Shown: positions 14,701 through 26,700 of the stretch, one piece after another
Position numbering within the stretch: the stretch's first letter is position 1
Layout: each line of letters begins with the position of its first letter
From: Amphiscolops sp. MND2022
Lineage: Eukaryota
DNA length: 64,000 bases
NCBI GenBank assembly: GCA_964187785.1
Contig: OZ076409.1
Coordinates: 10,914,001-10,978,000 of the forward strand
Reading direction: 5' to 3'
Program-made: the position numbers and the translations under genes
Notes under the pieces: generated by a model
Told to the model about the DNA's origin: nothing
Seen by the model: only the letters and a program-made list of their open reading frames with translations
Database searches by the model: none

Positions 14701-17700
14701 AACATTTTTTCACTGAAGGATTTTCCCTACCATATTTGGAAATTATGTTCATACCTTGTTCACATGTATTATAATTTTATTGAAACTAGGTTTCGCGTCT
14801 GGGACGCAGGACGTGATACAATTGCGTTTTTACCGGATGTAAGAGATTTTCCTTCGCCATTTTTGCGACGCGCGCGTGGTCACGTGACATAGGGGAAGGT
14901 ATATATACTTGAGGCGTTTCTAGAGTTTTTTTTAAAACTTGAATGCTGTTCTCATTCTCATAACGTTTCGTTAATTAATTTCAAGTTCTGAGATAAAATC
15001 TTTGAAACCTCAATCTCAAAATCAAAATGTCAACAAGAAGCCAGAAAAAGAAAGCAGGGATGAGCGTAGGAGAAGCTGAAGACAACCTACAGGAGAATCT
15101 TTTGAGGGTCAGCAGTGTCGTCATAGGAGAAGAAGTAAGTCCAGAACCTAGTTCTTCGACTAATGTAATTGCGCCCCAAGTAGACCAGTCTCTTGAAAAT
15201 CTAAAAGCTTCTTTGAGGAAAGAAATAACTGACGAAGTAAAAACTCTCTTAGAACAGTCTCAAAGGGAACTCATATTAGCAATAAAGTCTTCGAGTTTGG
15301 AAAACAGACCTAATAACAACGACGAAATCCTAGAGACCCCCATCAGCGTAACTCTGACTCCGGCCAAAACTGTACGTTTCGAAAACGCAAACTCTCCCGT
15401 TAACATTCGTAACACCTGGCTTCTAAATTTCTCAATTTCAATACGGTTCCTCAATTTCAAAGTCCTTTCTAGTCTCTGAGGAAATTAGAGATTGACAGAA
15501 CTAAAAATTCTCATTGAAAATCAGCTGGAGTTTGAACACATATTTTTCATTCCGACTGCAAATGTTTTTCTTTTTGCGAAATCGTTGTGGGTAAATCGAA
15601 ATTCGCGAAGATGGAGTTTTTGAGAAGTATAAGCATTGGATTTGTACGCATTCATTTCGCAAAGCTTGTTTTTCTGGAAAATAAGGAGTATAAGAATTTT
15701 CGACCAAATATGGCAATATGTTTAGAAAGAAATCTGATCCCTGCGTTCGTATACCCAAACGAGCCTTAAGAAAAACGAGTATGAAGCCAATCTGAAATCT
15801 GATTGGACGACGAAATAAGCACTTGCTATGCGGACAGTCACCGAGGCCACGTTCCTGCATTTCGATCACATCCGTTTTCAATACTGCTCAGCTCACCAAT
15901 GCCAGAAATGATTACGTAATCTGTAGATGTCGGCTGTAGATTTACGGCTTTGATTTCTTTCGTCTTTCAGCTTGTTCAGCATACATTCTACCACGTTTCT
16001 AAATAATCAAGTCTCCAAAAGTTCTCTATTTCCCGGAGTCAGGCAATTAAATCAACAAATTCCATGTATTTATATTTTTAATCTCCTTTAGAAATGTGGG
16101 TACGCGGAACTTAAACTACTCAACATAGCCGATCTGGAGAACCCTTCGTGGGCCATGCATGCGGGCAGTGAGTCATTCCTCTCTTTCTCGTACACCATGA
16201 CAAACGAGACGTGTCGTGCTACTGTGCTCAAGGATGTCAGAGTTAGTATCAGCTAGAAAAATTCATTGAATCATTGCATTTTGGATAATAGGTTTTCTCA
16301 TAAAGAGAATATTGGTCGAGAAATATTGGTGTTTTCAACTCTTTTTTTTTGTTAAAGCCTGCTGTTGAGGTTATTTAAAGGAAGAATATCGTGAACAAAT
16401 CAACTGATTTTCACTAGTTCATACGGTGCGAAGAACGCGAGGCTTTTTGAAGATTACCGTGTTTGTTAACCAACCTGTTACTAACATTTAGTAGTGTTAA
16501 TTTGAAGTTTTTCAAACTCTAATTGACCTGAGTGTTTTTGCGATTTTCGAAAAATCATATGAAAAAATTTCGATAATTAATATGTATCTCCACAACTACG
16601 CATACCAGAGAAACAAACTATAGTGCGTTTGAAAGGTCTGGTATTGAGCGTTCATTTTTGTTAGGTGGCCCATTCTTCAGAATTTTAGCTTCTCCAGGAC
16701 TTATATTATAAATTACAACAGGACTTATAATAAAGGACTTGTTGTTGAAGGTTATAGGTTGCTTTTTCTGTATGAGTCATCGACTTTTGATAGACCTGGA
16801 TTTCTCCAAAAACGGAATTTTGAAAAGAATAACCATTTTTTGCAAGAAAAACTGATTTTCTTCAGTTTTGGAGACAATAATTTTTTCTATTAATTGTGCC
16901 ATTCAAATCAATCTAGGTACCAATGGATTGTTGAAAAAACTGTGCTAGAGAATTAGGCTGTTGGCAAAACGAATCAGTTGAAAGAAGGTAGGTTGCTTAA
17001 AAGTGCCGCTAAGCTATTTAGCGTAAAGAGCTTTCGCTGCGCCAAATTTTCATTGAATGAGCCGGTCATTCTCGGAACGCCAGTTTGGATCAAGAGTTAG
17101 CCAGAGAGAAGACACTATATATGAAATATTATGAGTTGAGACGTTAAAATATTGTCCAAAAATCACCAAATTTGGTGTCACTCATGATAATAACTCATGC
17201 TTAAACTTTCAGACCCTTCAATCTTCCGAAATACACATTTTAGATTATAGATTCATTATTTCAATGTTTAACCAATATTCCGAACTTATAAGAATTGGCG
17301 CGTCTTTCAATTACAGCTGTAGACTTACTTCAATATTCCAGCTAACAGTGGCCATCCCCCAAGACCCCCCGAATTACCCCAGCCTGCTGACCTTGAAGAG
17401 GTTCCGTCTCACCCATGCAGGGGACAACTTTCCCGGTCTCCAGAGACAAATTATTTCAGATGTGTTCGAGAAACCTAACCGGTTAGTGTAACTACATTAC
17501 TTCGATCTCTCAATTTAAAAGTATCCGCGCCCTAGTCGAAGTTGCGGCGAAGTTTCACAGTCACCTTGAAAAAATCCCGCTTAATCTTTAGAACATGGAA
17601 AATTCAGGGACCATGCCATCAAAATTTTTGTAAAATAAACCATCTTCTAAAATTTTGCAAAATTACACGGCAACATGGAAAATGCTGCCAGCATTTCAAA

Positions 17701-20700
17701 CTGCTCGTTAAAAAATTCCCTGCAGTCTATAAAACATTTGAAAAAAATCTAAAAACGTACTATCAATACGTACACAGCGGTTTAAGTAATAAATTTTTGA
17801 ATTATATCCAATTCGGTCAAAGTTAGCAAAATAATTCGATTTTTTTCCTACGGTTAAAATAAATACAAAACGGTGATAAGAGTCGTTCATTATTTCACCT
17901 ATTCGAGTTCAATTACAAACCTCAGTGAGCACGAAGGGTCCCCTCTCAAAGAACATATATTTGGTTGATATCTAGAATATTGAAAATTCATTTCAAAAAC
18001 AGACTCTTAGTGCGCCTATTTGTTTTTTTTCCAAAGTTTCTAATAACATTAAAGTTCAACATTCTCTTAGTGACACGCAACTTCTCAACGTAGATCCCTA
18101 TGAACAACTAATTTTTGAGCCTTCAGCGATGCCACGACTTAAGCTGTTCACATGTTGTTTATGGCTGCACTTTGTTAATTGTATCGTATATTTCGTTCAG
18201 GCACACGACTCCGTATTTCGACATCGGCAGTGTGTGGTCCAGTCTAGAGTTCGGGGATGTCGATTACGTGGCAGTTAACAGCGAGGACATGTACGATCGA
18301 CAAATAGTGCTAACAGGTACCCTAAACCTAAAGCTCTTTTCGACACGGCAGTTGTTCACACGGCAGCCATAACGTTCACACCTTTGATATGTGAAAGTTT
18401 CCTGGCTTCGAAGAAACGTTGTCAAATTGAATGACTCACAAGCTGAATTGCAATGCTCAGAGTTGTTTTGAAATTTTTGTTGGCGAATATTTGAAACTTC
18501 GAGAGCCCGACATTTCTATGCGTCCGTTCTTTCATTCACATAGTAGTAAAGGTTCTTCGGTTCCATCATTCAATGATGTACAAGGTATTGATCGTTTCAA
18601 AAAGGTCGCGAGGCTAGGTACCAGTCTTTTAATTAGCCATGCTATCACATCAATTTCTGCAACCATGCGAGGCAAATGCGCATCTGACGACTTTTCAAAA
18701 TGGATATACCGTTTTAAAGATGCAAACCCGGATTCAGCAAACTCAGCAATTGCTCGGATTTTCTCGATTTCCGAGTCAACACTTGGAGGAATTGTGAAGC
18801 GACGTATTGGTTGGTCTGACAGACAGTAAAAAGTTATTTTGGGTCGAAAATCTGTACTCACAAGAAGAATCAAGCGTCAGCTTCTGGGCCGCGTTAATCG
18901 AAACCTAAATCTCCGGCTTTCTGGCCTTCTGCTTACAGCCAGACGACTTGTCTCCATTGCCACAGCACACCGTTTTTTGAAAAATTGCGGCATTCGAAAT
19001 CGTGTGCTTTACGAGACGTTCTTACGAATGCTCAAAAAGGTAGAAGAGTTAACTGGTGCCGTAGACATTTGATTTTGACTTCACAAAAAATATCTTCAGC
19101 GACGAAACTGTTGTTTCCCTTCGGCCTGGTAAGAAATTTGGAAGAATTTACGTTTACAGAAAAGCTGGTCAAACAATTTTACCCGATTTGGTAGCCGCAC
19201 ACCCAAAGATTTACAGCGAGGATCCGTCATATAATGGGGCTGCATGTCGTATTGGGGGGTTCGGTTCCTTGGAAACATTTATTGGTACCATGGATGGCCA
19301 TTATTTTGTGGAGGAAACTTTGGAAAGTTATTTGAGACCGAGTATTGATTTGTTGTACCCATCTGAAGACTGCATTTTCCAACAAGACAATGCCCCACCT
19401 CACACTGCAAAAATCACAACGCAGCGGCTTCCAAACAGCTGTATTTCTGTTCTGGATTGGCCTCCAAATTCTCTAGATCCCTATCGAACATGTGTGGGGA
19501 CATTTGAAGCTAAAACTTTATAGTTCGATGCGTTCGACGCCACAAGAAGTTATGAACACTTTTTTGAGCCTATGGAACAAACTACGAACTTAAAATGCTG
19601 AATGTTTAGTTTCGGCAATCTATAGCCGAATAGATACGATTATTCAGACCAATGGATTGCATCATTAAAAATTACTTGGTTCTAGTTTTGAAACGGTCTG
19701 TAAACTAAAAATAAAACGGAAGGCATCAAAACCTTGAGCTCTCAAAGTTCCAATATTTGTCAGCATACGTTTAAAGTAGCTTCGATCGCGGTTGTCACTC
19801 ATTCAAAATTGCATCTTTTCTTGAAAGCGAAAAAACTTCCGCAAATTGCTATTGGGAACGAAATGACTTAAGAGAGTCTAGACTTTTTCCGATAGTTCGA
19901 ACCAGTTATTTTGTTAGTTGACTTTGATTACGTAACAAGGTTTCAATTCTGAATGATCATCATTTAGAATTGAAACCTTGTTACGTAATCAAAGTCAACT
20001 AACAAAATAACTGGTTCGAACTATTATCAGTATTTTCGGAAATTTTCAGTATTCGGAAATTTTCAGTATTTTTTGTTTTTGATGAATAAATTTCTGAAAA
20101 TACCAGAAGTTTCGGTTTCTGTTTTTCAAACTAGAAGACTGTTTACAAAATAGCGAATTTCACACCATTTCAAGGCCTTTTTATAAAATATTGCACAAAT
20201 TTCAAATCAACAAATTTTATCAAATGCAGCTATTGTGAAACAAAAATTGGACATTATCATGAGTTCGACAAATTTGATGAATCACGAGTATGCTTTAATT
20301 GAACTTAAAATACCGAAACGCACAAAAATTTGCGTATTTAGAACTGTATTAATTGTAAACATTCCTATAAATTTTTGAAAGAAATTTATAGGAATGTTTA
20401 CAATTAATACAATTCTAAAGTCGCAAATTTTTGTGCGTTTCGGTATTTTCGGTTCAATTAAAGTATACTCGTGATTCATCAAATTTGTCGAACTCATGAT
20501 AATGTCCAATTTTTGTTTCACAATAGCTGCATTTGATAAAATTTGTTGATTTGAAATTTGTGCAATATTTTATAAAAAGGCCTTGAACTGGTGTGAAATT
20601 CGCTATTTTGTAAACAGTCTTCTAGTTTGAAAAACAAAAACCGAAACTTCTGGTATTTTCAGAAATTTATTCATCAAAAACAAAAAATACTGCAAATTTC

Positions 20701-23700
20701 CATAGTTGGTGATAATTGATTAGAAGCATTCAACCATGACTTTCTATTCTTGGAACTTTTGGTCGCTAAATTTGAACAGTTAACTAGAAACCATGTTGTA
20801 TCTGAAGTTATTTGCTATCCATTCAAAAATTGTGTACTGATATAAACTTGCTTCGTTGCACCAGCCGAGTTCTACCTTTATGACGACGGATCCATTAACG
20901 CTTCGTGGACCAATGACATTTCGTTTTTCTCGGGCAACTACGACGAAGGTGGTTGGGTCGAATCGGTGCAGCTTCTCATCTACTATGACGTCAACACTAC
21001 CGAACTCATTCTTCCGGACTATGGTGGAGACTTCGTAAGTAAACGTCAAACCAACAAGTTCCTCAATCTTGATGATTTCAAGTCTGCTTTGAAGGTTTCA
21101 ACGAAAGTTTTGACGTGCAAACAAGTCTGACTTTAAATAATACGAAAACTCTAGCTTCAAAATTTTGCTCCTGAGAACGATTTTGCTTAAGCGTTTGCTT
21201 CTGGGATTTTTTGTACAATAACCCATGTTGAGCGCTCCCTGCGAATCTGTACAGATCCTGACAGATCTTGACAGGATTTGTCGAAATTTAACTAGTCGTA
21301 AATAAAAAAGCCGACTTTAAATAAAAAAGAAAACTCTAGCTTCAAAATTTTGCTCCAGAGTTTGCTTCTGGGATATTTTGTACAATAATAGCTCCATTGA
21401 TGATAGGGTACAAAAGGGTAAATACAGTCGACTTGGCCAACGATAACTTTCAAAGCGCGAAGTCTTTTGATGTATTCATCTTACAAAAAAAGTCTCAGGT
21501 GCAAAAGTCACTCAAACTTTGATCAGCAATACAAGGGTATTTTTTGTTTTGAAATCGAAGCAAAATTTAAAATGTTATATCACGTTGTATTTTAAGGATT
21601 TTTGGAACTTTTTGAACGTTAATTAGCAATATCTCAGAAATTACTGGTCGAAAGAGAAACATCCTTAGTTCATTTTTGTAGCCGTGACACCGTTCATAAA
21701 CTTCAAGTTTCATTTTTGACAATATTTCTGAAAATACCTTGTCAAAAAATGATCATCTAAAAACAATCGTAAATTCGTCAAAACAATATTTTTACCGCGT
21801 AAAAATCGAAGATTTCGCATTTTGTGATCATTTTGCGGTGTAAATTTTCAAAACGAGCATTTTCGGGAAAGTGTTAATTTCAAAAGTTCAAGATTTTAAT
21901 CAAAAATACAAAGTTTGTCTCAAATAACTTTTGTTGACTACAACGGTTTTCGAGATATTGTATTAAAAATTTCGAAAAAAAAGTTATCAAAAGTCAAAAA
22001 GTTAGCTGCGAACGTTTGTAGTTTTGTGTGGGTTTAAAACAAAAAAATACACAATAATTCTGATTGAAATTTGGGAAGGTTTTCCACCAATGACATTTGT
22101 GTTTATTGATTATGTACAATTTTATTGCAATTTGAGATTTGAAATCAAGTGTAGTTATTTTTTCGGTACCCTAGAGTACTATGCAATCATCGCTGCTTCA
22201 ATGACTAGGTTTAAGACCTACACGTTTTGGGTCGACCCAGCTTAATTGACTCATCATTTTCAATTGAGGATTAAAAGTCAACGTCCAGCTGTAAGAGAAA
22301 TGCTTCTGAGAAAAGTAACAAATCTCAATGAATGACAGCTGCGATCAAACTGGTTTTGAAATGTCCGTTGACAATCATTTGAGAACACGAAATTGTTTGT
22401 GCGTTCCGTTTTTTTGTTCACCTAGTAGTGTATTGTAGAAACATCTTAATTAATGATCAAGTTCTGATGGAACAGCCTGAAAGCTTTTTCATTAACAGAC
22501 TTTACACTAATCACCCATGAAAAATCACAAACGAAAGATTTTGAAAACTCCCCAGAGCCTATATCCAAAAATACAAAAACCTCAGCTTTTATAACTTTTT
22601 TTCGAAATCCAACAGAGGATGCTTGATAACCCAAACGACGAGTTGCTGCAACTGGAAGTGCAGTACCCGTACCCGTTTGTGGGTGAGGAGTTTGCGTGGA
22701 ACTTGGAGAAGCAGGTCAAGGCATGGAGTGTCTCCCTCTACATATCTTCGCACCAAGACTTCAACGAGATGGCTCTGGCGGTCTTCGTCACTGGCATGGA
22801 AGCCTTTGCCAACTACGAGAGTGTGGAAATTATCCCAGGCAGGAACATCTACCTGCACCCGATGAACAGTTCTTTCTCCTTCACTATAACCGAGGCTGAC
22901 CTTCTCGGAGAAGTAAGACTTCTTTTTATCAAATTTGACAACTCCTGTTTTATATATTTTTAAACGCCCCGCTCGAAGTTCAAAAAAGGGTTAAGTTTTT
23001 TAAATATGCAAAAGGACACTATAATTGAAATTTTATCAAAAATTTCAAGACGAAAAATTTTCCATTTGAAAGATCTCACAATGACGGAAATTGTCGAAGG
23101 GACCCTTTGGGTTTTTTGAAAATCCAGATTGTTTCAAAAAATCAAAAAATGACCCTTCAGTAACGTCCGGTTTTGCAAATGCCTGAAAAAGTTTCGCGGT
23201 GAAGCAGGGACTCGAACCTGCGACCGCTAGATTCCCACTAAACCGATTAACCTCTGTACCAAAAAGTGGTACAAACAGGGTGAGCGAAAACAAAAGAAAC
23301 AAGCCGGGAACGGCCCAAGTCGGCGCCGTATCTAAGGCTCAATAAGACTCGAAAACCACTTTTTCTACAACTGGAGACAACAAAAGCTCTCAAAAAACTA
23401 AAAAATGAGAAAAAAAATTTTCCGAAATTTTTTCGAAATATTTTTGTAGTTTCCGGTATGTCGCATAGTGCCGAAAAATGTAAAAGCGGGACCCTTTGGG
23501 ATTTTTTGAACATCCATTCTGTTGCAAAATATCAAAAATTGATGGGAGGAACAATAAAAAAAATTCGGAAAAAAATCAGTCTCACAGTACCGAAAAAAGG
23601 AGGAAAGTCTCATAGTGTCGAGAAAAGTGGACCCTTCTGCTTTGGAATGGCTTTTTATCTCATGTTAGAGGCTTTGGATGCGTTGAAAATGAAGTACTAA

Positions 23701-26700
23701 GTACATATGGTAAAGTTGGTAAATGTGCAATTGTTACGACATGCTATCGGGTCGTTTTGAGTAGAACTTATTCTCACTGATTTTGTAGGAGTATAGAAAC
23801 CTCTAGTTTCCTCCTCTACCTCTTCTTCAGTGTTTTCTCTAGTAATCCTTCTTGTTTCAGGTTTAAGGAGTTTCAACATCTCCTTCTGAGATTCAATAAG
23901 AAGATTTTTAATCTCTGACGTTATTTCTTCCTTTAATGAAGTTCTCAAGCTTTCAAAGAGACTATTCTCAATCCGGGGGGATTTAGGTCTAGAAGGCCCC
24001 GCTACTTCATCGTCTTGATTCAAAGAACAAGGATTTCCTACTACTATGGGTGAAATCAAGCCTTCACTTACGTTCTCACTGGTGCTTTGCTGATCGTTCC
24101 TTCTTTTTTGGCTTCTTGTTGTTGACATTTTGTAGAAAAGTTTGATCTTGAAGAATTGAATTTCTTTCAAAGATTTTTCTGACAAAGTAGAACAAGGCAA
24201 GAGTGAAATTGAAAATTCAACTGAATTGTACAATTGCAAAAGACTGAGTCCCTCAATCATCAAATCCTATCATATTTATACCCTCCCAGCATCATTTGAT
24301 CACGAACAAAGCCCTAATTTTCCTTGAACAATTAGTCATTTCCTGTATTTTCGATGAAAAAAGCATTTTGTTCCCAATTTTACGTCGACATTTCGTCAAT
24401 TTTTGAGACACGATGATCTTCATTTAGTATTAGTCATCAAATTTGATCATATCATTTCATCTCGGCGTCCTTTTGCTTCCTCCCAAGCAGGAAGTAGATA
24501 TTACTTCAGTCTGTCAAACCGGAAATGCTTCCCTGTTTTACTGCTTTGGTTCGCGGGAAATTGACGCTGAGATGACGCTGACGTGAACAAAAAATACCTG
24601 ATTTTGAATTTCGCTTTGATAAAAATGCTATGACTAATTTCAAAATAGGAACATTTGACCGATGCTAGGACGATATTTTATGAATTTGGACTCAATCCTA
24701 TGCTAGAGATGAGAATGAAATCATGATATGAAAATAATATTTGTTAGCAACTTTGTCATGTCGTGTCAAACACGACAAAATTTACAAAATTAACAGTAAC
24801 GTTTGTTAAATAGCAACATCAACACAACGTAAATAACTGGACAGCAACGGATGTACTAATATAGGAAGACATGATCACAATCACAAGTACAGTGTTCAAC
24901 GTTGTAGAGTACAAAAATGCAAAATATATGAAAAATACATTTCTGGTACACAATATGCTTTTTAGTAGGAGAGAATAAACTGTGACTTCCTCATTAACCT
25001 ACCGCGAAATCTTGTAATAAAATGATTCATGCACTGAAATTTCTTTATTGTTAAGGATACATGATTGTTACTTAACGTGGGGTTGAAATTATCCTATATG
25101 TGCCAAAACGCATTCTAAATTGGGACCTTAAACCATGGAAAATCAGCAATACATTCGTTATACTATTTGCAACAGTCTGCAATTTTCTCTCTTTAGGAAA
25201 TAACGGCATTTGCGCGATGAAAACCTGACTAAATTCAGCAAATTCATTCACTTTATTCAATTTCATAAACTTGTCAACGTCATGTTGACGAGTTTTCTTG
25301 GCAGAGTAGAGATTTTGACTAGTTTGACGCAATGCTGACGAGTATTTTAGAAATGAGTCTCTCGCTAGCTACCGGAGCAGTGACGTCACAATGGCGGTAA
25401 ATTGGAATGATTTCTTGGTACGCTTATGCGAGGCAGTGACGTCAATTGGTATGCCTTCAAACTTGTCTGCGTCTTACTGACGACAAATATACATGTATTC
25501 TTGTTTCTTTCGCCGCTTTGTTTACTCAGCGCAGTATTGACGTCCTAAATCACTTTAATTGCTGTTCAAAAGAGTAATTAAGCTGTCTTTCTAAGAAAAG
25601 GCTTAACTACCACGGTGTGTTGTCTCACTGTAATTTCCTGTTTTAGGTCCGAATGAAATGTAATTTTTCGGGATTAGTTTTGATGTATTTTCATTTAGAT
25701 TAGCTTATGGTCTCTTTATTCTTGGGATAGTTTTATTCTAATTTTCAGGTTGTGAATGTTTCATTTGTCGTGGTTGACTCGTCCAGCCAAACATGCGTGA
25801 AATCATTTTTGGATTATTTTGCTTCCTTATTTCATTTCCGCCCAAATTTGCGCGCGGTAAATGTGTATTTTACATTTCCGGTACTGTTTTATTCAATTTT
25901 GCGAGAGCATGAAAAATTTAGAACGCGTTCACTAGTTTTATTTGGAATTTTTGTTAGGCAAAAGTATTATTGCATTTCAAGTCACAGTTTATTTAAATTT
26001 AGTTAGAGTTCGAGTTAATAACCAAAATACCTCTTCGTGAGTCTTGCGGTGCACCCATGTCCACGCCCAAAACCAACTCTCCTGCATCCGCAATCCAGTC
26101 CGGGAGCGGACTGTGACAGGGCCACTGTCATGGGACGAACGGCTTTACCGGGTTGATAGAAGTCGAACCCCTGGCGCAGGTGATTTTCGTGCGTGTAGTT
26201 TTCCTTGGCTTCGTCTAGCGTTAATTTCGGCTCCTCCAGATCATTTAGAGGACTAGTTGTCAACAGATTTATTCTTCTCAGTGGACCAGGGGGCGTGACA
26301 AAGTATGAAGAGGCGTCTTCTTGCTGCACCTTCTCCAGATATTCGGCTACTTTGCTACTTGTTACTGATTCGGTTTGTACAGCTGGGGCTTCTACTATGA
26401 ATATGTCCGAAGACAAGCTTTCATCAGGGCTTTCCGGGGAGTCAGCAATAACTTCTTCGGTCGACTCAGAGTGGGGGTATTGTCCCGATTCTACAGTTTC
26501 AAAACTAGAGAACGACTCACTCAGCTTCATTTACTTGCATTCTGTTTCTAGTGAATTTACCGATAGGTCGAGGCATTCTTCTTCGTCTGCGTTCGCCTCT
26601 GCTGATGAGTTTAGAATTTCGATGATCAATCCCGGATAGGCCCTGCTGTCACTAGGTATTGGGGTGGACGATCTTGTTATTTCGCCCTCCTCCTCGCTTG

